DNA from: Candidatus Cloacimonadales bacterium
GTDB taxonomy: Bacteria > Cloacimonadota > Cloacimonadia > Cloacimonadales > JAFGVF01
Reading direction: 5' to 3'
Length of the DNA stretch: 64,000 bases
Assembly (NCBI GenBank): GCA_963663475.2
Contig: CAXXJV010000001.1
Location: forward strand, 896,001 to 960,000
The translations under genes and the position numbers were made by a program. The notes under the pieces were generated by a model. That model was given only the letters and a program-made list of their open reading frames with translations, did no database searches and was not told where the DNA came from. Positions within the stretch are counted from its first letter, which is position 1, and every line of letters begins with the position of its first letter. Below are positions 19,033 through 28,668 of this stretch, piece by piece.

Positions 19033-19671
19033 ATGAAAAGAGGCTTATTTATAACCTTTGAGGGAATAGAGGGTTGTGGTAAAAGTACACAGACCAAAGC
19101 CCTAGCAGATTATTTTGCAGAAAATAATTTGCCTTTTATAGTAACCAGAGAGCCAGGTGGTACGTTAATATCTGAAAAGATAAGAGAAATTCTACTTGAT
19201 AATGAAAACCATGAGATGAACCCTGAAACAGAACTACTTCTCTATATGGCAAGTCGAAGTCAACATACTGCTACTAAGATAATACCTGCCTTAGAGTCTG
19301 GTAACCATGTAATTTGTGATAGGTATTATGATTCTACTCTTGCTTATCAGGGAGCAGCTAGGGAGTTAGACACAGAGTTTATAGACTTGTTAATAGATTT
19401 TGCTACCTATTCAACATCGCCTGATTTAACTTTTCTTTTAGATATCTCAGTCGAAGAAAGTGAAAAGAGGATTTGCCATCGGGGTAAGGATAGAATGGAG
19501 CAAGAATCTAAAGAATTTCATCAAAAAGTAAGAAAAGAATTTTTAAATCTTGCAAAAAAATATAGTAATAGATATATTGTTATTGACGGACTGCAAAGTC
19601 CTGAAATAATAGCAGATATGATTAAACACGTAATTAAAGAAAAAATGGATGGTGAAAATGAAACTAAATAA
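19033..19671 (+). CDS. tmk: thymidylate kinase
   Basis: FITFEGIEGCGKST, TREPGGT, CDRYYDSTLAYQG. Confidence 0.95.
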   Translation: MKRGLFITFEGIEGCGKSTQTKALADYFAENNLPFIVTREPGGTLISEKIREILLDNENHEMNPETELLLYMASRSQHTATKIIPALESGNHVICDRYYDSTLAYQGAARELDTEFIDLLIDFATYSTSPDLTFLLDISVEESEKRICHRGKDRMEQESKEFHQKVRKEFLNLAKKYSNRYIVIDGLQSPEIIADMIKHVIKEKMDGENETK

Positions 19672-21406
19672 TTCAAATAAGATAATTATATTAGTCTTTG
19701 GGATTCTGTGGGTAATATCAAGTCTTATAGCTTATAATAATGCAATTAGTGAAGATAGTGATAAATATATTGATGATATCATAGCCATGGAAGAGGGGAT
19801 GCAAAGTAGCCAATATTATTCTCAAAATAGAGAAGCATCTACTGAATCTACCGCCCCAACAATGCCTGAATTAATAGAAAAAATAGTAACAATTATCCAG
19901 AGATTAGACGCCATCTATGTTGATGAAGTTGATTATGGCCAGCTTATGGAAGATGCTATTAATGGTATGTTAAAAGGACTTGATCCTCATACAACATATT
20001 TTTCTCCAGATGATTTTAAAAATTTTACATCTAGTACCAAGGGAGAATTTGGTGGACTAGGAATTCAAATAGACAAGAAAGGTGATTATATAACTGTTGT
20101 AAGTCCTATTCAAGGTACACCAGCCTATCGTATGGGAATTATGGCTGGCGATATGATTTGGAAGGTTGATGGAGAGGATATTACAGGTATAACTACCGAC
20201 CAATCAATCAAGAAAATGCGTGGTGAAGTTGGTTCTGAGGTAGTCATTACAGTTATTCGTCCAGGAGTTAAAGACCCATTAGAATTTAAAATTGTAAGAG
20301 ATATTATCAAAATCAATAGTATTCCTTATAGTTTTAAGATGGATAATAACGTTGGTTATATTAGAATGTCTCAATTCAACGCTAATACATCTGAAGAATT
20401 AAGTGAATCCTTAGATGCCTTAGAAGAAGAAGGAATTGAAGGATTAATTATAGACTTAAGATTTAATCCTGGTGGACTTCTTTCAGAAGCGATCAATACA
20501 GTGAATGAATTTATCGGTAAAGGTAAGAGGGTTGTTTATACTAAAGGTAGAATTGAATATGCTAATGAAGACTACTTTACCACAAAAGATATTATGCGAC
20601 CTGACTACCCTATAGTTGTTTTAATTAATGAAGCTTCAGCATCTGCCTCTGAAATATTTGCCGGTTCTATGCAAGATTATGATAGAGGACTTGTTGTGGG
20701 TAAGACATCTTTTGGTAAGGGCTCAGTTCAACAGCTATTCCCACTAAGAGATGGTTCAGGAATTAAAATTACAACTTCTCATTATTATATTAATTCTGGA
20801 AGATGTATCCATAAGATCATTAACGATAAACTTTTGAATGGTAAGAAAGTAACTGAAGAAGAAAAAGAAGATATTGATAAATTCAATCATGAACATATTT
20901 ATAAAACAGCTAAAGGTAGAACTGTTTATGGTGGAGGTGGTGTTACTCCTGATATTATCGTTGATGCTGATACCCTCTCTCGTTTTGAATTAGAACTTCG
21001 CAGAAAAAACTTCTTCTTTGATTATGCTGTTGAATATATGTTAGAACATTCTGATGATGTAGAACTTGATTTTAGAGTTAATGATAAAATTTATAATGAT
21101 TTTGTTAGTTTTGTTATTGAAAAAGAAAAACAAGCAAAAGCAGATGAAAAAGAAGATGATGCAAGTATTGCAGCCCTTTCTAACCCTATCGATCTAACCA
21201 ATCCTTCTCCTGAAGATTTGGCCCAAGCTGAAGATTATATAAAACTTACATTGACAAGTGAGATAATAGAAAAGAAATTTGGAAGTCAGGAAGGATACAA
21301 AATTAGAATTGAAATGGATAACCAACTCCAAGAAGCTAAATCCTTATTTGATAAATATGATACCTTAGAAGAGATGTTTGAACATAGTAACATTCAAAAA
21401 AGTTAG
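19649..21406 (+). CDS. S41 family C-terminal processing protease (PDZ)
   Basis: LDPH, FGGLGI, DLRFNPGG, SASASEI, SFGKGSVQ, GGGGVTPD; start may be ATG 19658. Confidence 0.92.
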   Translation: MVKMKLNNSNKIIILVFGILWVISSLIAYNNAISEDSDKYIDDIIAMEEGMQSSQYYSQNREASTESTAPTMPELIEKIVTIIQRLDAIYVDEVDYGQLMEDAINGMLKGLDPHTTYFSPDDFKNFTSSTKGEFGGLGIQIDKKGDYITVVSPIQGTPAYRMGIMAGDMIWKVDGEDITGITTDQSIKKMRGEVGSEVVITVIRPGVKDPLEFKIVRDIIKINSIPYSFKMDNNVGYIRMSQFNANTSEELSESLDALEEEGIEGLIIDLRFNPGGLLSEAINTVNEFIGKGKRVVYTKGRIEYANEDYFTTKDIMRPDYPIVVLINEASASASEIFAGSMQDYDRGLVVGKTSFGKGSVQQLFPLRDGSGIKITTSHYYINSGRCIHKIINDKLLNGKKVTEEEKEDIDKFNHEHIYKTAKGRTVYGGGGVTPDIIVDADTLSRFELELRRKNFFFDYAVEYMLEHSDDVELDFRVNDKIYNDFVSFVIEKEKQAKADEKEDDASIAALSNPIDLTNPSPEDLAQAEDYIKLTLTSEIIEKKFGSQEGYKIRIEMDNQLQEAKSLFDKYDTLEEMFEHSNIQKS

Positions 21407-21415
21407 AGGATATAT

Positions 21416-22030
21416 ATGGATAAACAATTAGAAAATATGCTGATCTATATTGTTGATGACGACCCAATAAACCTTAGATTAATTAAGGCAATTCTGAATC
21501 AACATGGATTCTATAATCTTACTTTGCTTAATAATGGTAATGAATTATTAGCCAGTATGGAAAAGAATAAACCAGATATTTTACTCCTGGATATTATGAT
21601 GCCAGAGTTAAGTGGTTATGATATTCTGGAAATAGTAAAACAAAGAAATGTCTGGAAACATATTCCTGTAATTGTTATTACTGCTCTTCCTCTAGCTGAT
21701 GAAATGAAACCATTGAAAAAGTCTTTTAATCTAGGAGCTATGGATTATATTAGCAAACCATTCAATCATGTAGAACTTATGTTAAGGGTTAAATCTGCTC
21801 TTAAATTAGAGTATCAAAGACAGCAACTAGAAGAGACTTTAGACAGGATTAGAAACTTGGAAAAAATGATTTCTATTTGCTCTTATTGCAAGAAAGTAAG
21901 AGTTGATGAAACTCAGTGGCAAGACTTAGAACTTTATGTTAGTGAACATACTGATACCCAGTTTAGTCACAGCATTTGCCCAAACTGTTATGAAAATGTT
22001 GTCAAACCTGAAATGGAAGAAGATGAATAG
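21416..22030 (+). CDS. response regulator (REC plus Cys-rich C-terminal domain)
   Basis: IVDDD, LLDIMMP, ISKPF; tail ICSYCKK..FSHSICPNC. Confidence 0.9.
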   Translation: MDKQLENMLIYIVDDDPINLRLIKAILNQHGFYNLTLLNNGNELLASMEKNKPDILLLDIMMPELSGYDILEIVKQRNVWKHIPVIVITALPLADEMKPLKKSFNLGAMDYISKPFNHVELMLRVKSALKLEYQRQQLEETLDRIRNLEKMISICSYCKKVRVDETQWQDLELYVSEHTDTQFSHSICPNCYENVVKPEMEEDE

Positions 22031-22059
22031 TGAAAACTAGCTAGATAACAAATATTTAT

Positions 22060-22094
22060 GGGGCGTATAGGTTAATACGCCCTTTACTTTTTTT
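22060..22094 (+). terminator. intrinsic terminator
   Basis: GGGCGTAT/ATACGCCC stem followed by T-rich tract. Confidence 0.7.
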
Positions 22095-22291
22095 AACCCA
22101 ATAATGCAGTAGACCTTTGTTAAACCCAAAATAATGCAGTAGACCTTTGCGAATAGCACTATCTTCTTTTGCAAAAGTAAGCTACATAATTTTCAGGAAT
22201 ATATATATTATATGCCTTCAAATTCTGTAACTTATTTTGCTAAAAGAATCTAGCACTCTTCATCAAAGTTCTACTGCACCATTCGGGTTAA
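22093..22291. mobile_element. MITE-like ~170-bp palindromic element (22120-22291) preceded by a duplicated left end
   Basis: TTAA-bounded; ends TTAAACCCAAAATAATGCAGTAGACCTTTG and CAAAGTTCTACTGCACCATTCGGGTTAA; near-identical to 24328-24496 and 44119-44287. Confidence 0.7.
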
Positions 22292-22363
22292 AAAAAATGA
22301 AGGGAATAAAATTTTTATTGCAGGAAAGTGTAGTTATGTAAGTCTTAAATTATAGGAGAGAGT

Positions 22364-22873
22364 ATGAGTAGAGATAAATTCGAAGATATAGTCAAAGAAT
22401 TCACTCCTAAATTATATAACTATATACTGAAATTCGTGAGGCAAAGAGAAGATGCTGAAGATGTTTTACAAGGTGTCTTCATTGCTTTTTATAGTAAAAT
22501 GGAAGGTATTGAAAGTGAGAAAGTATCTTCTTACCTCTATAGAGCATGTCATAATAACTCTTTAGACTTTCTCAAGAAGAATAAAAGAGTGATTTCTTTT
22601 CCTAACCTGGATTTTAGCAACCTAGAAGATATGGGAAGTGAAGAAAAAGAAGACCTATATAAAGATATTATAAAATATGCTATGACTGAGATACCTGCTA
22701 AGATGTCTCTTCTTATAGAAATGAAGATATATCAAAAGAAATCTTATAAAGAGATAGCCCAAGAAACTGGTTTATCAATCAAGGCTATTGAAAGCCAGTT
22801 AGTTCGCGCAAAGAAGAAATTAAGAAAGATTATTGAGAAAAAAGCAAAAAGTGATTTAGGAATCATTTTGTAA
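22364..22873 (+). CDS. ECF RNA polymerase sigma factor
   Basis: DAEDVLQGVF (region 2), SYKEIAQETG..IESQLVRAKKKL (region 4). Confidence 0.9.
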   Translation: MSRDKFEDIVKEFTPKLYNYILKFVRQREDAEDVLQGVFIAFYSKMEGIESEKVSSYLYRACHNNSLDFLKKNKRVISFPNLDFSNLEDMGSEEKEDLYKDIIKYAMTEIPAKMSLLIEMKIYQKKSYKEIAQETGLSIKAIESQLVRAKKKLRKIIEKKAKSDLGIIL

Positions 22874-22898
22874 GTTACTTCTTAAAGTGGGAGGAAGT

Positions 22899-23300
22899 AT
22901 GAAAGATGAAAGATTGATTAATAGATATTTAGATGGAGAAACTAGTCCTCAAGAAACTAGTTATGTGGAGAATAGACTAGCTCAAGATAAGGACTTTGCT
23001 AAAGTCTTTGCTAAATTTCAAGAGGTGGATAAATTACTTAACAAGGTTAGTAATGATATCGTTCCAGAAGATATTGCTAAGAGGGTTCTAAATTCTGTAA
23101 AATACCAGGTTAAGCCTTTGCCATTCTATAGAAAATATGCCCCAGCCTTAGTAGGTTCAATGATGAGTTTTGTCTTAGGTATCTTATTTACTAGTCTCCT
23201 TATTACTAGTCCAGAAGCAAAACTTGAGAATAATGCTAGCAGTAACCTCTATTCTACCTTAGAAATTGATGATGTTATTGACTACTATTATGGAGATTAA
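22899..23300 (+). CDS. putative anti-sigma factor (single TM)
   Basis: LINRYLDGETS..E motif, one TM, follows ECF gene; ATG 22899 after GGAGG. Confidence 0.75.
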   Translation: MKDERLINRYLDGETSPQETSYVENRLAQDKDFAKVFAKFQEVDKLLNKVSNDIVPEDIAKRVLNSVKYQVKPLPFYRKYAPALVGSMMSFVLGILFTSLLITSPEAKLENNASSNLYSTLEIDDVIDYYYGD

Positions 23301-23309
23301 GGAGGCTTT

Positions 23310-23861
23310 ATGAAGATTAGTAAAAAGATCTGGTTTTATGTAGTGTTTCCTATTATTTTTGCTTTTAATATTGCTGTTGTAGGAACTTTGATCTATTTTT
23401 TCTTATCACATAGAATTGTTATTGAAGATATTAGACCTGAAGAAACTCTACTACATTTTAGAGATATGAGAGAAGAACGACCAGAAATTCATGCCAAATA
23501 CAGAGAAACTATCAGACCTCTTAATGAAAAGAATAGAGACTTACGGCTTAAGTTCATGAGTGAATTAACAAAGAGTGAACCAGATTATGAATTCTTGCAA
23601 GATTTAAACAAGCAGATCCAAGAAATTACAAAAGAAATTAGCCAAAACTTCTATGCTGAAATGATTGAAACAAGAAAGACTTTAAATCCTGAACAAGCCA
23701 GAAAACTCTATGGCTATCACCTACAAATGATGAAGAGAAAATTTAACTTAGACGCAAAAGAAGCTGAAATTGGTTTTGGATATCATGGTAACCAAGGTAT
23801 GCAAGCCAATCCTAGGCAAGGCAGAATGAGAAGAAATTACGATAAGTATGAAGATGACTAA
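23310..23861 (+). CDS. Spy/CpxP/periplasmic heavy-metal-sensor-like helical protein
   Basis: N-terminal TM, helical body, TLNPEQ (LTxEQ-like); typical third gene of such ECF operons. Confidence 0.6.
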   Translation: MKISKKIWFYVVFPIIFAFNIAVVGTLIYFFLSHRIVIEDIRPEETLLHFRDMREERPEIHAKYRETIRPLNEKNRDLRLKFMSELTKSEPDYEFLQDLNKQIQEITKEISQNFYAEMIETRKTLNPEQARKLYGYHLQMMKRKFNLDAKEAEIGFGYHGNQGMQANPRQGRMRRNYDKYEDD

Positions 23862-23924
23862 AATGCAATTCAGTAATTAATTATGCATTTTAAAGTCATG
23901 AGTGTGTTATTTGAACAGAAGTAA

Positions 23925-23953
23925 TTGACTAAATTAGTATGTTACATTATAGT
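23925..23953 (+). promoter_or_regulatory. sigma70-type promoter
   Basis: TTGACT-17 bp-TATAGT. Confidence 0.55.
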
Positions 23954-23959
23954 ATTAAT

Positions 23960-24062
23960 GTGTGATTTAGAAATATGATAATGTGCTTTCCCAATTGTAA
24001 TTTATGAATTGCAATAAAAAGTGACGAACTTCTAGTAAAACTCCCGAAAGGGAGTTTTTTTG
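23960..24062 (+). ncRNA. candidate small RNA
   Basis: Lies between near-consensus promoter and strong terminator; no credible ORF. Confidence 0.3.
24037..24062 (+). terminator. intrinsic terminator
   Basis: AAAACTCCC-GAAA-GGGAGTTTTTT. Confidence 0.8.
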
Positions 24063-24155
24063 TTTTTTAGATATCCTGCAACAGGGCTTAATCCAAAATA
24101 GGGTAATATAATTTTAGCCCAAAGTAATGAAAAAATATTATTCAGATTCTTGTAG

Positions 24156-24234
24156 CATCCTTATTCCTTCCTTTACAGTCTTTCGATGAAAGTCCGACTT
24201 TCATCGAAAGACTGTAAAGGAAGGAATAAGGATG
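24156..24234. repeat. perfect palindrome, 39-bp arms, 1-nt centre
   Basis: CATCCTTATTCCTTCCTTTACAGTCTTTCGATGAAAGTC-C-reverse complement. Confidence 0.9.
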
Positions 24235-24327
24235 GAAAGGCAATAAATGTTAAAAGAATCTAGTAATCTTTACCTGTGATACTTAGCTTTTGCGAAGTAT
24301 TATCAAAGTTATACTGTACCATTCAGG

Positions 24328-24496
24328 TTAAACCCAATAATGCAGTAGACCTTTGCGAATAGCACTATCTTCTTTTGCAAAAGTAAGCTACATAATTTTC
24401 AGGAATATATATATTATATGCCTTCAAATTCTGTAACTTATTTTGCTAAAAGAATCTAGCACTCTTCATCAAAGTTCTACTGCACCATTCGGTTAA
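24328..24496. mobile_element. MITE-like ~170-bp element, abutting a right end of another copy (24303-24331) at a shared TTAA
   Basis: Near-identical to 22120-22291. Confidence 0.7.
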
Positions 24497-24946
24497 AATA
24501 ATGGCTCTACTTTCAATTCTGCACACATCTTCACAAATTTTTACAGAAAAGCCTTGTCTATTTAGTAGATTAATACAAATCTAATCCAGTAGAGGATTTC
24601 TTATTTTTTACTCCTTTAGGTGTAGTGATTTTGAGGATATTTAATGTTGAAATTCTCTCAACTTTGTTTTATTTTTTTCCAAAAACCCACTCTACTTTGG
24701 AGAGAGCCTTATCTATATGGTGTCTATTAGTTATAAAGCTAATAGAAAAGTGATGCCCCTCCCAAAGAGGCCTAATAGAGTACCAATAGACCGTAAAGGA
24801 AATTTGTGGCAGGTTTTGAGCAACTTTCGCTCCTTTTCTGGTAAGCATATTTTATTTTCTTAACATTTGCAGACCAATAAATCTAAGTTTATCTCTATGT
24901 CCTAACTGCTTAATAATTCATATTTTAATCATAAAGAAAAAAAATA

Positions 24947-25280
24947 TTGACAGAAAAGCAGGGACAGAAAAAAATGCAAAAAAAGGCACACTCTCTTCAA
25001 GAGAGGCAGAGCAAAAGCTAGCTAAGATAGCTTGTAGATCTTTGTGATAAGCGGACGAGGAACGCTTTGAAACGCATATAGTTGGACACTATGCGCATGT
25101 TTGCATAGTCTGTGGACAAGTACATCTTTTGTACGGTCAGATATTCATGTAGCAAATACCTCGAACGCGTAAAAAATTTAAGAAGTTGAATACAATTTTA
25201 CAAATTCAAATAAAAATAACAAACAACATTATAAGAAAAATACAGATATATTTATAGATCCACTATAAATGGAGGAATCC
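24947..25280 (+). promoter_or_regulatory. S10 operon promoter (-35 TTGACA) and long structured leader
   Basis: TTGACA 24947-24952; several hairpins 24986-25170. Confidence 0.5.
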
Positions 25281-25604
25281 GTGAGTAAAGATAATAAAAT
25301 CAGAATTAAACTCAAAGCTTATGATCATCGTCTGTTGGATCAATCTGTACAAGAAATCATTCATAGCACTAGAAATACAGGTGCTAAGATTGTTGGTCCT
25401 ATTCCATTGCCAACAGAAAGATCATTGTACACAATTTTAAGATCTCCACACGTTAATAAAAAAGCACAAGACCAATATCAAATGTTAGTGCATAAAAGAT
25501 TGGTGGACATAGTTAATCCTACTCCGCAAACAACAGCAGCTCTTAAAAAAATGAGTTTGCCAGCGGGTGTTCATGTGGAAATTAAAGCAACACAAAGGAG
25601 CTAA
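25281..25604 (+). CDS. rpsJ: 30S ribosomal protein S10
   Basis: [32 protein letters not shown] start after GGAGG. Confidence 0.97.
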   Translation: MSKDNKIRIKLKAYDHRLLDQSVQEIIHSTRNTGAKIVGPIPLPTERSLYTILRSPHVNKKAQDQYQMLVHKRLVDIVNPTPQTTAALKKMSLPAGVHVEIKATQRS

Positions 25605-25606
25605 GG

Positions 25607-26230
25607 ATGATAGGTTTAATTGGAAAAAAAATAGGAATGACTCAAATTTTTGATGAAGATGGAAAGATTATTCCAGTAACAGTACTACATGCTGGTCCTT
25701 GTCAAGTTTTAGAAATGAAAACTGCTGACAAAGACGGATATCAATCAATCAAATTAGGATATGAGCCAATTTCAGAGAAAAAAGTTAATAAGCCAATGAC
25801 TGGTTACTTCAAATCTCTAGCTTGTGATCCTGTTAGATATATTAAAGAATTTAGAGTAAAATTCTTCCGAGATACAGAGTTAAAAGATATATTTAAAGTT
25901 GACTTATTTCAAGTTAATGAATTAATTACAGTAACAGGAACTTCTAAAGGTAGAGGTTTTGCTGGTGTAATGAAGAGACATAATTTCAGTGGTTTCATGG
26001 CCTCACACGGTGTTCATGAATCATTCAGAGGACCTGGTTCAATTGGTCTTTGTGCTACTCCTGCTCGTGTTATGAAAGGTATGAAAATGGCTGGACACTA
26101 TGGAGTTGATAAAGTAACTGTAAAGAACCTAAAAGTTGTTAAAGTTGATGTTGAAAAGAACCTTATAATGGTAAGAGGTGCTGTTCCTGGACATCGTAAT
26201 AGCTTAGTTCTTCTTAAGAAAGGTGTTTAA
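25607..26230 (+). CDS. rplC: 50S ribosomal protein L3
   Basis: GKKIGMTQIF, GTSKGRGFAG. Confidence 0.97.
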   Translation: MIGLIGKKIGMTQIFDEDGKIIPVTVLHAGPCQVLEMKTADKDGYQSIKLGYEPISEKKVNKPMTGYFKSLACDPVRYIKEFRVKFFRDTELKDIFKVDLFQVNELITVTGTSKGRGFAGVMKRHNFSGFMASHGVHESFRGPGSIGLCATPARVMKGMKMAGHYGVDKVTVKNLKVVKVDVEKNLIMVRGAVPGHRNSLVLLKKGV

Positions 26231-26241
26231 CGGGGGAATAA

Positions 26242-26877
26242 ATGGCTAATGCATTAAAATATAATAGTAATGGTGATAAAATAGGTGAAGTTCAACTTCC
26301 AGCATCAGTTTTTGAAGCTGATTGCAAAAATCCTAAAGCCTTACTTTACGAAGTTGTTAATATGTATCTTGCTAATCAAAGACAAGGCACTAAAGCAACA
26401 AAGTCAAGAGGTTTAGTAAGAGGATCTACAAAGAAGCTTGGAAAACAAAAAGGTAGTGGCGGAGCTCGTATGGGTTCTAGAAGATCTCCAATTAGAGTTG
26501 GTGGTGGTCACGCTTTTAGAATTGATCCAAAATGTTGGTATAGACATATTCCAAACAAAAAGAAAAGACTAGCCTTAAAACTTGTTCTATCTGATAGAGC
26601 AAGCGAAGGTAAAGTTTTAGTTGTAGAGAATCTTAATTATGACAAACCAAGCACCAAGAGTGCTAGAGCTCTAGTTGAGAAATTAGTTACTGAAAAAGGT
26701 AGAGTCCTTATCGTAACTAAAGGTAACGACACAGCTGTTGTTAGATCTTTCTCTAACTTAGAATATGTAGAAACAGGTAGAGCAGATGGCCTTCATGCTT
26801 ATGGTATCCTTAAAAATAGTTTTATCGTAATGACAGAAGAAGCCTTGCAACAAGTTGAGGAGGTATTCGGAAAATGA
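26242..26877 (+). CDS. rplD: 50S ribosomal protein L4
   Basis: RQGTKATKSR, KQKGSGGAR. Confidence 0.97.
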   Translation: MANALKYNSNGDKIGEVQLPASVFEADCKNPKALLYEVVNMYLANQRQGTKATKSRGLVRGSTKKLGKQKGSGGARMGSRRSPIRVGGGHAFRIDPKCWYRHIPNKKKRLALKLVLSDRASEGKVLVVENLNYDKPSTKSARALVEKLVTEKGRVLIVTKGNDTAVVRSFSNLEYVETGRADGLHAYGILKNSFIVMTEEALQQVEEVFGK

Positions 26878-27161
26878 TACATCCAAGAGAAATAATCATA
26901 GCTCCTATGCTTACTGAAAAATCTCTTACTGAAAAAGAGAATAATAACAGATATATGTTTAAAGTAAGTATCAATGCTAATAAAATAGAAATTAAGAAAG
27001 CTATAGAAAAAGTTTTTTCTGTGAAAGTAGTGAAAATAAACACTATTAGAATGAAGGGAAAACCAAAGAGAATGGGTAGATATGAAGGCAGAAGACCTGA
27101 CTTTAAGAAAGCTATCGTTACTCTTCAAGCAGATCAAACTATACCAGATTTTGAAGTTTAA
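26874..27161 (+). CDS. rplW: 50S ribosomal protein L23
   Basis: [22 protein letters not shown]. Confidence 0.97.
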   Translation: MIHPREIIIAPMLTEKSLTEKENNNRYMFKVSINANKIEIKKAIEKVFSVKVVKINTIRMKGKPKRMGRYEGRRPDFKKAIVTLQADQTIPDFEV

Positions 27162-27172
27162 GGGAGTTAATA

Positions 27173-28000
27173 ATGGGAATTAAAAAATATAAACCAATTA
27201 CACCTACTTTAAGATATAAAACAGGATATACTTTTGAAGAAATTACAAAGACTAGTCCTGAAAAATCTTTGCTTGCAAAGTTAAAAAAGTCTGGTGGTAG
27301 AAATAGTCAAGGTCGTATTACATGTCGTCATAAAGGTGGCGGACATCGTAGACATTATAGAATTATCGATTTCAAAAGAAATAAAATAGAAATTCCGGCA
27401 AAAGTTGCCTCAATTGAGTATGATCCAAATCGTTCTGCAAGAATCGCTCTTTTACACTATGTAGATGGTGAAAAAAGATATATCATTGCTCAAGATGGAT
27501 TAAAAGTAGGTATGGAAGTTATAGCAAGTCCTACTGCTCCTATCAAAGTGGGAAATGCTTTACCACTTAGTAATATTCCATTAGGTACAACAATCTCATG
27601 TGTTGAACTTAAAAGAGGAAAGGGTGCTCAAATAGCTCGTTCAGCTGGTTCAATGGCACAGCTTGTTGCAAAAGAAGGCGATTATATCCATGTGAAGATG
27701 CCTTCAAATGATGTTCACTTAGTTAGAAAAGAATGCTATGCTGTAATCGGTCAAGTTGGTAACTTAGAACACAACTTAATCGTTTTAGGTAAAGCTGGTC
27801 GTAGTAGATGGTTAGGAATCAGACCTACAGTTCGTGGTGTTGTTATGAACCCTGTTGATCACCCACATGGTGGTGGTGAAGGTAAAACATCAGGTGGTAG
27901 ACATCCTGTTTCTCCATGGGGTAAACTCGCTAAAGGTGGAAAAACCCGTAAGACTAAGAAATATTCTAACAAGTATATTATCAAATCTAAAAAGAAGTAA
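27173..28000 (+). CDS. rplB: 50S ribosomal protein L2
   Basis: [25 protein letters not shown]. Confidence 0.98.
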   Translation: MGIKKYKPITPTLRYKTGYTFEEITKTSPEKSLLAKLKKSGGRNSQGRITCRHKGGGHRRHYRIIDFKRNKIEIPAKVASIEYDPNRSARIALLHYVDGEKRYIIAQDGLKVGMEVIASPTAPIKVGNALPLSNIPLGTTISCVELKRGKGAQIARSAGSMAQLVAKEGDYIHVKMPSNDVHLVRKECYAVIGQVGNLEHNLIVLGKAGRSRWLGIRPTVRGVVMNPVDHPHGGGEGKTSGGRHPVSPWGKLAKGGKTRKTKKYSNKYIIKSKKK

Positions 28001-28019
28001 GCTGACATAGGAGAAAATA

Positions 28020-28289
28020 ATGCCTAGATCGATAAAAAAAGGACCTTTCGTCGATGAACATTTGATGAAAAAGGTTGAAAAACAAATAAGTACTAAAGAT
28101 AAATCAGTGATTAAAACTTGGTCAAGAAGATCAGTTGTTTTACCTGAATTTATAGGACTTACTTTTGCTGTACATAATGGACACAAATTTGTGCCAGTAT
28201 ATATTTCTGAAAATGCAGTTGGTCATAAACTTGGCGAATTTGCAGCAACCAGAACTTATCGTGGCCACAAAGAAAAGAAAAAAAGATAG
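28020..28289 (+). CDS. rpsS: 30S ribosomal protein S19
   Basis: [22 protein letters not shown]. Confidence 0.98.
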   Translation: MPRSIKKGPFVDEHLMKKVEKQISTKDKSVIKTWSRRSVVLPEFIGLTFAVHNGHKFVPVYISENAVGHKLGEFAATRTYRGHKEKKKR

Positions 28290-28299
28290 GAGATAGAGA

Positions 28300-28659
28300 A
28301 TGGAAGCTATAGCTAAACTTAGATACCATCGTGGTTCAGCTCGTAAAGCTCGCTTGGTTCTTGATTTAATCAGAGGTAAATCAGTATCTGAAGCACGAAA
28401 CATTCTTATGTTCTCAGAAAAGCGTGTGTCAGATCCTGTACTTAAAGTATTAGAATCTGCAGTGGCTAATGCACTACATAAAGATGCGAGAAAAGAAACA
28501 AACGAAATGATTATAAATAAAGCACTTGCTGATGATGGTCCTATAATGAAAAGATTCCGTCCAAGAGCTCAAGGTCGTGCTTTTATGATAAGAAAGCGTA
28601 CTTGTCACATAACCTTACAAATTTCAGATTTATCTGAAACTGCTTCCGGACAGGAATAG
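28300..28659 (+). CDS. rplV: 50S ribosomal protein L22
   Basis: SARKARLV, RPRAQGRA. Confidence 0.97.
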   Translation: MEAIAKLRYHRGSARKARLVLDLIRGKSVSEARNILMFSEKRVSDPVLKVLESAVANALHKDARKETNEMIINKALADDGPIMKRFRPRAQGRAFMIRKRTCHITLQISDLSETASGQE

Positions 28660-28668
28660 GAGGAAAAT

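Noticed and set aside
22318-22346. ECF autoregulatory promoter GGAA..GTCT
   Set aside because: Plausible but single instance and too short to support
24686-24701. Short motif CCCACTCTACTTTGGA, also at 40308 and partly inverted at 54728
   Set aside because: Real but too short to interpret; probably debris of the repeat families already reported
24984-25035. c-di-GMP-I riboswitch-like GGCACAC..GCAAAA..GCTAA
   Set aside because: No GNRA loop and spacing off; context (S10 operon) favours a ribosomal leader; needs an Infernal scan
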